NCBI GenBank assembly: GCA_030614005.1
Contig: JAUWKS010000007.1
Span: forward strand, 46,610-78,609
Direction: 5' to 3'
Origin: Candidatus Heimdallarchaeota archaeon
Lineage (GTDB): Archaea; Asgardarchaeota; Heimdallarchaeia; JABLTI01
DNA length: 32,000 bases
Shown: piece after piece, positions 17,726-26,666 of the stretch
Position numbering within the stretch: position 1 is the first letter of the stretch
Layout: each line of letters opens with the position of its first letter
Notes under the pieces: generated by a model
Told to the model about the DNA's origin: nothing
The model's input: only the letters and a program-made list of their open reading frames with translations
Databases searched by the model: none
Made by a program: the position numbers and the translations under genes

Positions 17726-19009
17726 ATGGGTCATAAGAAAGGGCATGAGATGAATAGTTATCTCAAGCTTCAGCAAAGATTAGATAAAGCTCCTCAAGGA
17801 GCACCTCTTTCGAAATCATTATTCGAAATTCTCCAAGTACTATTTACTGATGAAGAAGCAGAACTTGTTTCAATACTTCCGATTAATTTTATCACAAAGG
17901 AAAAAGCAGCGAAAATATGGAAAAAAACTCCTGATGAAGCAGAGCAAATTCTCGATACATTAGCAAGTAAAGGCCTGATGCTTGATGGTTGTCAAGAGGA
18001 AATGCGAACGTATATTTTAGCTCCACCTATGGCTGGTTTCTTTGAATTTTCTCTAATGCGTACAGACGGGAAATTCGACCGTAAAATACTATCCGAATTA
18101 TATTATCAGTACATAACTAAAGAAGATGATTTTCTTTTCGCTATTTTTGACTCTCAAACTCCGATAGATAGGGTTTTCGTTCAAGAGGAGACAATAAAAG
18201 AAGAAGATTATTCTATTGTTTTGGATTATGAACGAGCAACTCAAGTAATAGAAACAGCGAGTTGTATAACCGTCGGCACTTGTTACTGTAGACACAAAAT
18301 GGAACATCTGGGAAAAGCTTGTGATCAACCCCAAGAGGTTTGTCTAACATTCAACGGTGCAGCAAAGAGTTTGTCAAATCATGGCATAGCAAAGGAAATC
18401 AGTAAAGAAGAAGCCCGGAAAATACTTGATCAATGTGTGGACGCAGGTTTAGTTCAAATCGGTGATAATGTTCGTGAGAGTGTTGCTTGGATTTGTAATT
18501 GCTGTGGTTGCTGTTGTGAAGCGATAGTTGCTTATAAGAGGCTGGGATTTAGTCCTGGAATCTATAGCAACTTTACTCCAGAAATAATCTCAGAAAATTG
18601 CTCCGGCTGTGGTATTTGTATCAAAAAATGTCCCGTTGACGCTATCACGTTAACTACAGATACAGCTAATCGAAAAATTGCTAAGATAAATTACGACCGC
18701 TGCTTTGGTTGTGGTGTTTGTGCTAAAAGTTGTAACAAAGATGCTATACAAATGAATCGTAGAAAGGATTTAATGCATACACCCAAAGATGCCTTTGATC
18801 GCGGTGTGCACATGGCAATAGATAAAGGAAAATTACAAAATCTTCTCTTCGATAATCAACATCTCTGGACTCATAAAATGCTTCAGAGGTTTATTGGTAT
18901 ATTACTTAATCTCGATCCAATCAAAGCTAAATTAGCAGATAGACAATTACAATCAAAGTTCATTCTTTTTGCAAGAAGAATGCAGAGATTTAGGAAAACA
19001 AAATTATGA
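17726..19009 (+). CDS. Cys-rich iron-sulfur protein (CNCCGCCC family) with a 2x[4Fe-4S] ferredoxin domain
   Basis: CYCRHK, C..P.EVCL, ICNCCGCCCE, CSGCGICIKKCP, CFGCGVCAKSC; GGTGA upstream of the ATG. Confidence 0.85.
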   Translation: MGHKKGHEMNSYLKLQQRLDKAPQGAPLSKSLFEILQVLFTDEEAELVSILPINFITKEKAAKIWKKTPDEAEQILDTLASKGLMLDGCQEEMRTYILAPPMAGFFEFSLMRTDGKFDRKILSELYYQYITKEDDFLFAIFDSQTPIDRVFVQEETIKEEDYSIVLDYERATQVIETASCITVGTCYCRHKMEHLGKACDQPQEVCLTFNGAAKSLSNHGIAKEISKEEARKILDQCVDAGLVQIGDNVRESVAWICNCCGCCCEAIVAYKRLGFSPGIYSNFTPEIISENCSGCGICIKKCPVDAITLTTDTANRKIAKINYDRCFGCGVCAKSCNKDAIQMNRRKDLMHTPKDAFDRGVHMAIDKGKLQNLLFDNQHLWTHKMLQRFIGILLNLDPIKAKLADRQLQSKFILFARRMQRFRKTKL

Positions 19010-19224
19010 ACGGTAATTTGAATGCTCCTTTTTATCAAACTAAACTGAAAAATTATCTTTTAAAAAATAAACTCACTCAAAAGATATATAACCTATCAAA
19101 CTACTTTCACTACAAAAAAAATAGTCGTACATAAAATGAAACAAAAAAATAAGCAAAATCTTTTTATGTATTCTAATTCAAGTCAAAGAATTGATTTAGT
19201 CAAAATCAAATAAGGCGATGCATA

Positions 19225-19557
19225 TTGATTGACACTCAACCATTCACATTATGGATAGCATTAGGTCTAGTCCTTATCGCAGTCGTTCTATTGTACCTTT
19301 TGGGAAGACGAATCGCCCCTCGAAATCCCACACCAGCCAAACTAAAAAGCTACGCATGCGGAGAAGACATGGAGGGCGGACAAGTACAATTTTACCCAAA
19401 CACATTTATTTTCGCAATCTACTTTACAATATTTGACATCTTGGCTTTTATCCTTGCAACAGCAATGGTGACCCTAGATATGGGTATTGGATATACAGTT
19501 GTTCCAGCAATATTTGCCGGAATAGGTTTACTGGGAGTGTTAACTCTCAGAAGGTGA
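19225..19557 (+). CDS. nuoA: NuoA/FpoA-like membrane subunit of the hydrogenase complex
   Basis: Three hydrophobic segments; KLKSYACGED loop and YFTIFDI; TTG start after TAAGGCG. Confidence 0.85.
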   Translation: MIDTQPFTLWIALGLVLIAVVLLYLLGRRIAPRNPTPAKLKSYACGEDMEGGQVQFYPNTFIFAIYFTIFDILAFILATAMVTLDMGIGYTVVPAIFAGIGLLGVLTLRR

Positions 19558-19566
19558 TTTCAAGCT

Positions 19567-20073
19567 ATGGTACTACAAAAAATAATTACCTGGGCAAGAG
19601 TAAAGTCACCATGGATTATCCATGTTAATACCGGAGGATGCAATGGATGCGATATCGAAGTTGTCGACGTTCTTACGCCAAGATATGACGTCGAACGATT
19701 AGGAATCCTTATTCAAGGCTCCCCGAGACATGCGGATGTACTTATGGTGACCGGACCTGCAACACAGCAGATGAAAGATCGCTTAAAGCTTTTACATGAA
19801 CAGACACCAGATCCAAAATTTGTCATTGCTATCGGCGCTTGCGCCTGTAGTGGAGGCATTTTTAGACACTCATATATTCCTTGCTTAGGAATAGATACCG
19901 TTATTCCGGTAGATGTCTATATACCTGGTTGTCCTCCAAAGCCAGAAGCGATTATCTTTGGCGTCGCTCAATTGTTAGCAAAACTTCAGGGTAAAGACTC
20001 CCCAGTCATTACACCTAAGAAGATTGCCCTCAAAGATCTTAAAAAATCAATAGAGGAGGGTCTAGCAAAATGA
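19567..20073 (+). CDS. nuoB: Group 4 [NiFe]-hydrogenase small subunit (NuoB/EchC/MbhJ family)
   Basis: GCNGCDIE (CxxC, not the tandem CC of complex I NuoB), SPRHAD, GACACSGG, YIPGCPP. Confidence 0.92.
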   Translation: MVLQKIITWARVKSPWIIHVNTGGCNGCDIEVVDVLTPRYDVERLGILIQGSPRHADVLMVTGPATQQMKDRLKLLHEQTPDPKFVIAIGACACSGGIFRHSYIPCLGIDTVIPVDVYIPGCPPKPEAIIFGVAQLLAKLQGKDSPVITPKKIALKDLKKSIEEGLAK

Positions 20074-20588
20074 GCAAGACACTACAAGATGAACAGGATA
20101 TAGTTGACACTTTAAAGAGTCAATTTGGTGAGAAGATACTCGAAGCAAAGGTTCAACGTGAACGAAGAATTTTCGTTAAAGTTGCTAACCCAGATCATTT
20201 GGAGATTTTCTCGTTTGCTATGGAAAAATGGAAAGCATGGCATTTGATAGCAATATCTTCAGTCGATAAACCTGATGGTGTTATTGCCGCAGTATATCAT
20301 TTTGATATCCGTCCACCCTTTGGTGGTCAAGTAGCAATTTCCATGAATTTAATGATCGATTGCGACAGTCGAGAAAAACCAATACTAGCTTCTGTATATC
20401 ATCTTATAAATGGTGCAGAATATTTCGAGCGCGAAGCACACGATTTGATGGGAATATTTTTCGAAGGAAATCCCAACCTAATTCGACTTATCTTACCTGA
20501 TGACTTCCCTGAAGGTGTTTATCCACTGAGGAAAGACTTCCTTTTAGAGATTCAAAAGGAAGAACAGGCAAAGAAGGAGAAAAAATGA
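20070..20588 (+). CDS. nuoC: NuoC/MbhK/EchD-like subunit
   Basis: FEREAHDLMGIFFEGNPNLIRLILPDDFPEGVYPLRKD; ATGA overlap with the preceding gene. Confidence 0.9.
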   Translation: MSKTLQDEQDIVDTLKSQFGEKILEAKVQRERRIFVKVANPDHLEIFSFAMEKWKAWHLIAISSVDKPDGVIAAVYHFDIRPPFGGQVAISMNLMIDCDSREKPILASVYHLINGAEYFEREAHDLMGIFFEGNPNLIRLILPDDFPEGVYPLRKDFLLEIQKEEQAKKEKK

Positions 20589-20601
20589 GGTGATATGAAA
20601 T

Positions 20602-21873
20602 ATGGCTGATAAAAAGAAAATTAAATTAGGATCACCCCAAACCGGTTGCAGTTCATGCATACCAAATACTTTCGAAATACCTCTTGGGCCTCAGCATCCA
20701 GCTCTAAAAGAACCAACCCACTTTCTATTAGAAGTGGAAGGTGAAATAATTGTTAATGCAACTCCAAGAATTGGTTATGTTCATCGAGGAATTGAAAAAC
20801 TCGCCGAAACAAAAACTTATTCCGCTAACCTTACACTCGTCGAACGTGTGTGTGGTATATGTTCTCATATTCATTCCATTTCCTTAGCAAATGCTGCAGA
20901 AGCAGCTCTCGCTTTAGAAGGATTTGAGGTGCCATTAAGAGCACAATATATCAGAACTATTGTAGCTGAATTGGAACGTATCCATAGTCATATTCTTTGG
21001 TTAGGTGTAGCAGCTCATGAAATAGGGTTTGATACCTTATTTATGCTCTCGTGGAGAGATCGTGAGTTAACAATGGACCTTTTAGAAGACATCTCTGGAA
21101 ACAGAGTTAATTATGCTATGAACGAAATAGGCGGTTCAAGAAGAGATATGAACCAAAGTCAAATTGACCGTATGCTCAAATATATGGACATAACTGAAGA
21201 AAGGATGGAACGATACAAAGATATCTGTATAAATGAAAATACCATCCGAATGCGAACTCAAGATGTAGGAATACTCCTACCCCAAAAAGCTAAAGAATTG
21301 TGCGCTTGTGGACCTACTGCACGTGCCTCTGGAGTAGCTATTGACGTTCGATATGATGATCCTTATTCAGCTTATGGAGAGTTTCGTGACATATTCAATG
21401 TCATAACTTATGATACAAATGATGTATTCTCTCGAGTCGTCGTACGTATCATAGAGACAGTAGAAGCTTGCAAATACATCAAATGGATGTTGAAGAACAT
21501 ACCAGATGGGCCAATATTCAAAAAAGCCCCTAGGAAAGTTCCAGAAGCACAAATCTTGTCTCGAACAGAAGCTCCACGTGGTGAGTTGATTCACTACCTT
21601 TGGTCAAACAATACCAACAAACCTTACAGACTGAAAATAACAACACCAACACTATCAAACATCAATACCGTCCCTGAAATGATGAAAGGAGACTACTTAG
21701 CAGATTCGACAATTACATTAGCATCCATTGATCCATGTTTCAGCTGTGAAGACAGAATGATTACCATTGTGAACAATGACCGAAGAAAACCCAAGATAGA
21801 AACTTGGTCTGAAAGCCAACTCAGAAAATATAGTAATGATTGGCACGCAAAAAATAAAAGGTGGAAAAAGTGA
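20602..21873 (+). CDS. Group 4 [NiFe]-hydrogenase large subunit (NuoD-family fold; EchE/HycE/MbhL-like)
   Basis: L1 motif ERVCGICSHIH (C84, C87), L2 motif DPCFSCEDR (C379, C382), GPQHPALKEP, EAPRGE. Confidence 0.93.
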   Translation: MADKKKIKLGSPQTGCSSCIPNTFEIPLGPQHPALKEPTHFLLEVEGEIIVNATPRIGYVHRGIEKLAETKTYSANLTLVERVCGICSHIHSISLANAAEAALALEGFEVPLRAQYIRTIVAELERIHSHILWLGVAAHEIGFDTLFMLSWRDRELTMDLLEDISGNRVNYAMNEIGGSRRDMNQSQIDRMLKYMDITEERMERYKDICINENTIRMRTQDVGILLPQKAKELCACGPTARASGVAIDVRYDDPYSAYGEFRDIFNVITYDTNDVFSRVVVRIIETVEACKYIKWMLKNIPDGPIFKKAPRKVPEAQILSRTEAPRGELIHYLWSNNTNKPYRLKITTPTLSNINTVPEMMKGDYLADSTITLASIDPCFSCEDRMITIVNNDRRKPKIETWSESQLRKYSNDWHAKNKRWKK

Positions 21874-22961
21874 CCGCTGTTTGGTGGATTCTTACAATAT
21901 TGGGAATATTATTCTTCCCAGGTATAGGCTTCTGTATATCCATTGCATTATTTGATGAATGGATTGACAGGAAGTTTTATGCAGCTTTGCAAGATAGAAT
22001 AGGTCCAGAACACGCAGGATTCAAAGGTATTTTACAACCTTTGGCCGACTTCCTTAAGCTTTTAGCAAATGAAGATATTGAACCTGAAGCTGCCGATAAA
22101 TGGGGTATGCGATTTACAGCCATCATTGGCTTAGCAATACCACTAGTAGCATTATTGTTTATACCAATAATTGATACTACAGGGTTACTCTCATTTGAAG
22201 GTGATATTCTTCTGTTGGCATTCTTGACAACAATGATAGCTTTAATCATCTTCTTAGCAGGATGGTTCTCCGCGAGCAAATTGGCAATGCCAGGAACGAT
22301 GCGTGCTGCATCACAACTCTTGAGCTATGAAATTCCAATTCTATTAGCAATGTTCGCAGTAGCGTTACGGACACAATCTTTCTCACTTGCAGGAATTGTT
22401 CAGTGGCAACTTGATGCTCACCGACCAACATTATTCAGCTTACCGATGGTAGTCTTCTTCTTAGTATTCTTGCTTTCATCACAAGCAGAATTAGAACGAA
22501 GCCCATTTGATATTCCAACGGCTGAAACAGAAATAGTCGGTGGGTGGGAAGTTGAGTATTCTGGGAAAAAGTTAGGCTTTTTCCGATTATCTGCAGATTT
22601 ACAAATGGTTTTCTCCGCAGGTTTAGCAGTGACCCTCTTCTTAGGAGGTCCAACTGGTGTTGAAATGTGGATTCCTTCATTTGCTGATTGGTTAGCAAGT
22701 ATCGAAGGCGTTTCAGGTTTAGCAGTTGTTGCAATTCTCTATTACACTACAATGTTTGCTATAAAAACAACGATTATTGTTCTTATACTTTCAGCGTTTA
22801 GAGCTTTAATGGCGAGATTGCGTATAGAGCAATTCTTAGAATTTTCATGGAAATGGGTAATTCCAGTAACACTAGGTGTTTTTGCAATTACATTCTTCTA
22901 TGTCCCTTGGACAGACAATGTAGTCTGGTCTCACTGGGAAGGACTTTTTGATGTATCCTAA
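21870..22961 (+). CDS. nuoH: NuoH/MbhM/EchB-like membrane anchor subunit
   Basis: DRKFYAALQDRIGP, GILQPLADFLKLL, RAASQLLSYEIP, ERSPFDIPTAETEIVGG..VEYSG. GTG 21870 (GTGA overlap, AAGGTGG upstream) preferred over 21861. Confidence 0.92.
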   Translation: MTAVWWILTILGILFFPGIGFCISIALFDEWIDRKFYAALQDRIGPEHAGFKGILQPLADFLKLLANEDIEPEAADKWGMRFTAIIGLAIPLVALLFIPIIDTTGLLSFEGDILLLAFLTTMIALIIFLAGWFSASKLAMPGTMRAASQLLSYEIPILLAMFAVALRTQSFSLAGIVQWQLDAHRPTLFSLPMVVFFLVFLLSSQAELERSPFDIPTAETEIVGGWEVEYSGKKLGFFRLSADLQMVFSAGLAVTLFLGGPTGVEMWIPSFADWLASIEGVSGLAVVAILYYTTMFAIKTTIIVLILSAFRALMARLRIEQFLEFSWKWVIPVTLGVFAITFFYVPWTDNVVWSHWEGLFDVS

Positions 22962-22979
22962 TAAAGGAGATGAAGAATT

Positions 22980-23393
22980 ATGCCACGACCCGGAGTAATT
23001 GTTTGGGAAGCACTGAGAAATGTTTTCAGTAAAAAGGCAACCATAGATTATCCATTTGAAGAAGGCGTTAAACCAAAATATGGTTTGCGTGGAGCACATG
23101 TTCTCTATATTGAGGAATGTACAGGCTGCAGAGCTTGTCAGAGAGTTTGCCCATCATTAGCAATCGAAATGGTTCCATCCGAATTAACGAAAACCAAAAA
23201 ACGACCCGTTATCAATTTAGGTCAATGTATCTTTTGTGGCTTGTGTGAAGAAGCTTGTAGATATGATGCACTCTTCTTGACTGACTACATAGAACTTTCA
23301 GCCTTCCAACAAAAGGAGATGATTATCTATGAAAACGAACCCCCCAAAGAAGAAATTTCTGAAGGGAATGAACCGAAGGAGGAAGACTCCTAG
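22980..23393 (+). CDS. nuoI: NuoI/MbhN/EchF-like 2x[4Fe-4S] subunit
   Basis: ATIDYP, CTGCRACQRVCP, CIFCGLCEEAC; AAAGGAG upstream. Confidence 0.92.
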   Translation: MPRPGVIVWEALRNVFSKKATIDYPFEEGVKPKYGLRGAHVLYIEECTGCRACQRVCPSLAIEMVPSELTKTKKRPVINLGQCIFCGLCEEACRYDALFLTDYIELSAFQQKEMIIYENEPPKEEISEGNEPKEEDS

Positions 23394-23432
23394 TAAAATT
23401 ACTAGGACGAATTCATAGGAAGCGTGTAAGAT

Positions 23433-23732
23433 ATGGAACTCAACACAATTTTGTTGATAATACTATTAGCTATAGTGATCATTGCCGCTATTTTCGCAAT
23501 AGAGTTGCGTGATTTAATTTATGCATCTATTGCCTTAGCTGTACTAAGCATCGCTCTTGCTGGAGCATTCTGGATTCTGAACGCCCCCTGGGTAGCTCTC
23601 TTTCAGTTGATGGTTTACGGTGGCGCCGTTACAGTATTACTACTTTCTACTGTTGCACTCACCGAACGCTTTGAAACTGGTGAGCCAGCTGAGGATCTAG
23701 ATAAACTGCTCCCCGAAAGCAGCAAAACCTAG
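23433..23732 (+). CDS. nuoJ: NuoJ N-terminal half (FpoJ1/MbhD-like), 3 TM
   Basis: AGAFWILNAPWVALFQLMVYGGAVTVLLL matches the NuoJ TM3 region. Confidence 0.82.
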   Translation: MELNTILLIILLAIVIIAAIFAIELRDLIYASIALAVLSIALAGAFWILNAPWVALFQLMVYGGAVTVLLLSTVALTERFETGEPAEDLDKLLPESSKT

Positions 23733-23746
23733 GAGGAATACTACTG

Positions 23747-24169
23747 ATGAACAGAAAAACACGATCAATCATTCTATTCGCCTTTAGCATAGTCCTCGCG
23801 TTAGGTGTGTATGCATTCATTATGTACGGCTTAGTCGACTTTAATGATCCAAACAACGATACAAATGGTTTACGAGTGGATGAGTCTAATGACATTGCTG
23901 ATAGAGCAATTGGTTATGGTTTAGTTGATCTAAACTCTAGCGATTTTGCTTCCATTGGCAGAGCTGTTGGACACTTCATCTGGGAAACCAGAGCAATTGA
24001 TGTTATTCTTGTTGGAATAATATTATTCGTTGCTTCTGAATCCGCTGGCGCAGTAGTCCAAGGAATGGAAAAACAACGTAGCGAATTCCGCACTGAAATG
24101 TGTGACACAGACAAATACATCATCTTGGAAGAAATGAAAGAAGATGAGAAACAAGAGGAGACAGACTAA
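23747..24169 (+). CDS. NuoJ C-terminal half / MbhE-like membrane subunit
   Basis: N-terminal TM; GRAVGHFIWETRAIDVILVGIILFVA resembles the R.xD.....vLF.A motif of MbhE/FpoJ2; sits between J1 and K; AGGAGG upstream. Confidence 0.7.
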   Translation: MNRKTRSIILFAFSIVLALGVYAFIMYGLVDFNDPNNDTNGLRVDESNDIADRAIGYGLVDLNSSDFASIGRAVGHFIWETRAIDVILVGIILFVASESAGAVVQGMEKQRSEFRTEMCDTDKYIILEEMKEDEKQEETD

Positions 24170-24171
24170 GC

Positions 24172-24510
24172 ATGGCTTTATCGATACCTTTTGACAATAT
24201 CTACTTAATCTTAGGTTTCTCAGTAGCCTTATTGGTTATTGGTCTCTACGGATTAACCTCAAAACAGAATATGATCAAGTTCTTGATTGCTATCGAGTTA
24301 TTGCTTGATGCAGCTCATTTGAACTTTATTGCATTTTCAAACATCGTCGGAGGAAATGCAGGATTAGTTGATCCACTACCACATGTTGTCGTTATACTCA
24401 GCATTTGTGTGGGTGGATGTGTCGCTGGCGTTGCCTTAAGCTTGATAATTCAAGCCTACCGTGTGCATGCCACTTTGAATAGTCGAAGACTAAATCACTT
24501 GAAACATTAG
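24172..24510 (+). CDS. nuoK: NuoK/MrpC/MbhG-like subunit
   Basis: GLYGLTSKQNMIKFLIAIELLL; DPLPH motif before TM3. Confidence 0.88.
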   Translation: MALSIPFDNIYLILGFSVALLVIGLYGLTSKQNMIKFLIAIELLLDAAHLNFIAFSNIVGGNAGLVDPLPHVVVILSICVGGCVAGVALSLIIQAYRVHATLNSRRLNHLKH

Positions 24511-24513
24511 GAG

Positions 24514-26652
24514 ATGAAAGAACAGATGTTATTAGAATCTGCAGCAATAATGAATTGGGCTATCCCATTCGCAGGTGCACTAATTACTCCTATTATCGGC
24601 TTTATTGCAGGTAAACTAAAGGAAGGGTCTCAAACCCAAAAGGTGCTCCGAATAATCAGAAATTGGATGGCTGTATTTACATCATTCGTTGCATTCCTTT
24701 TCACAATGTTATTAGTGGTAGATGTTTTCAATGGCCAAGGTGGAGAAGCATTCGTAACCAATTGGTTCTGGAACATAGGCGACAAACCTTTTGCTGCAGG
24801 ATTCGGTGTCCTTGTAGACCCACTGACGGTCTTAATCGCTAGCTTTGCCTCAGGCATTGGTACTTTGATTATGATCTATGGTATTAACTACATGAAAGAT
24901 GACAAACATCTTGACCGCTACTGGTTCCTCATGCAGATGTTTATTGGTGGAATGATATTTTTAGTAATGTCAAACAATTTCCTTCAATCATTCGTCGGCT
25001 GGGAAATAGTTGGATTCTGTTCCTATGCATTGATTGGATACTTCTTCGATAAGAAAGGTCCACAAGATCCAAAAGAGTTTACCATTAAAGAGGAAACTGA
25101 AGGTGACTATAATGCTCACGCTGGATTTAAAGCATTCATAACCACTAGAATTGGTGACGTTATGTTGCTCACCGGAATACTCATTATTTTCGCCGTTGCT
25201 GGTACATTCAGATACACTGAACTATTATCAGATTTAACTTGGCTTAGCGACCTACACGACAAGAAGATTCTCGTCTTAACAGCAGTCCTCATCTTCGGTG
25301 GACCAATCGGTAAATCCGCACAATTTCCATTGCAATTCTGGCTTCCAGAAGCTATGGCTGGCCCCACAACTGTTTCAGCACTTATTCATGCTGCAGCAAT
25401 GGTCAAAGCTGGTATCTTTATGGTTGTTAGAACCTACCCAATGTTTTACCTCGGTTTACACGATCTACATATCGAAAATCTTCAATATTACTTCCTTATT
25501 GTGGCAGCAGTTGGTGGATTCACCGCTCTTATGTCTGCAACAATGGGTACGTCCGCGACTGAATTGAAGAAAGTTCTCGCTTTCAGTACTGTATCCCAAC
25601 TTGGTTACATGTTTATGGGATTAGGTGTTGGAGGACTAATTGAACCCGTAGGCGGAGTTATGGATTACAACGGCTATTTTGCCGGATCATTCCACATGTT
25701 ATCTCACGCCATCTTCAAAGCTTTACTGTTCCTTTCAGCTGGGGCAGTCATTCACGCCGTTCATACGAAATATATCGATGAAATGGGTGGTCTTCGTAAA
25801 GATATGCCAAAGGTCTTCTGGCCAATGCTTATCGGTGGTTTATCCTTATCTGGTGTTGTTCCACTAGGTGGATTCTTCAGTAAGGAATCAATCTTCGGTG
25901 CTTGCTGGCATCTTGGCGAAGAAGGAAACAATGCAGGATGGATATTCTTTGCCGTCGCTGCAGTCGCTGCTGCTTTAACATTCTTCTATACAATAAGATT
26001 CTTGGGCCATACGTTTGGCGGGAAGAAAACGGAGCATGTTGAAAAGGCAGAAAAAGAACAAGGTGGTCATTTACATAAGACCTCACCACTACTCTGGGTC
26101 CCATTAGTGATCCTAGCAGTTGGTACAATTGTTATCGGTTTCCTTGCACCTGTCGTTGAATTATTTATGAGCAAGAATGACTGGTTTGCAGCCGCAACTA
26201 ACTTTACCGTAGAAGCGTTCCATATAGATTATGCACACTTCTTTGGACACACTTTCGGATTTAGTCCACCAACCTTCTGGATAACTATTGGTATTCTATT
26301 AACCGGCTGTTTACCTGCCTATTTCTTATTCGTAAGAAAACAATGGGACACCAAAGAAATACTCAAGAAGAGCAAGATTGTAAACGGTATCTACACCTTC
26401 TTCCACAGGAGATGGTACATGAACCATGCAATTTATTGGTGCTTAAGAAAGTTCAAAGTATTCGCCGAATGGTTATACGAGAACTTCGATTTGAAAGTGA
26501 TAGACAGATCAAACTACATAATCGCATCAGGAACAATGAAGTCGGGAGAAGTGTTCAGAAAGACCCACACGGGTATTCTTTCAGTGAACTTTCTCTACAT
26601 GTTATTAGGAGCAATAATCCTAATCGCAGTATTATTATTCATTCCATTCTAG
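24514..26652 (+). CDS. nuoL: NuoL/MrpA-like antiporter-type subunit with long C-terminal extension
   Basis: GWEIVGFCSYALIG, AFITTRIGD, GKSAQFPLQFWLPEAMAGPTTVSALIHAAAMV, KKVLAFSTVSQLGYM, HAIFKALLFL, KTHTG before the last TM. Confidence 0.93.
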   Translation: MKEQMLLESAAIMNWAIPFAGALITPIIGFIAGKLKEGSQTQKVLRIIRNWMAVFTSFVAFLFTMLLVVDVFNGQGGEAFVTNWFWNIGDKPFAAGFGVLVDPLTVLIASFASGIGTLIMIYGINYMKDDKHLDRYWFLMQMFIGGMIFLVMSNNFLQSFVGWEIVGFCSYALIGYFFDKKGPQDPKEFTIKEETEGDYNAHAGFKAFITTRIGDVMLLTGILIIFAVAGTFRYTELLSDLTWLSDLHDKKILVLTAVLIFGGPIGKSAQFPLQFWLPEAMAGPTTVSALIHAAAMVKAGIFMVVRTYPMFYLGLHDLHIENLQYYFLIVAAVGGFTALMSATMGTSATELKKVLAFSTVSQLGYMFMGLGVGGLIEPVGGVMDYNGYFAGSFHMLSHAIFKALLFLSAGAVIHAVHTKYIDEMGGLRKDMPKVFWPMLIGGLSLSGVVPLGGFFSKESIFGACWHLGEEGNNAGWIFFAVAAVAAALTFFYTIRFLGHTFGGKKTEHVEKAEKEQGGHLHKTSPLLWVPLVILAVGTIVIGFLAPVVELFMSKNDWFAAATNFTVEAFHIDYAHFFGHTFGFSPPTFWITIGILLTGCLPAYFLFVRKQWDTKEILKKSKIVNGIYTFFHRRWYMNHAIYWCLRKFKVFAEWLYENFDLKVIDRSNYIIASGTMKSGEVFRKTHTGILSVNFLYMLLGAIILIAVLLFIPF

Positions 26653-26666
26653 GAGGATAAAAGTAA

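Noticed and set aside
19191-19209. FNR-like box TTGAT...ATCAA
   Set aside because: The spacer is 9 nt, not 4; kept only as an unassigned inverted repeat.
20602-21873. Selenocysteine ([NiFeSe]) hydrogenase
   Set aside because: All four ligand codons are TGT and there is no in-frame TGA.
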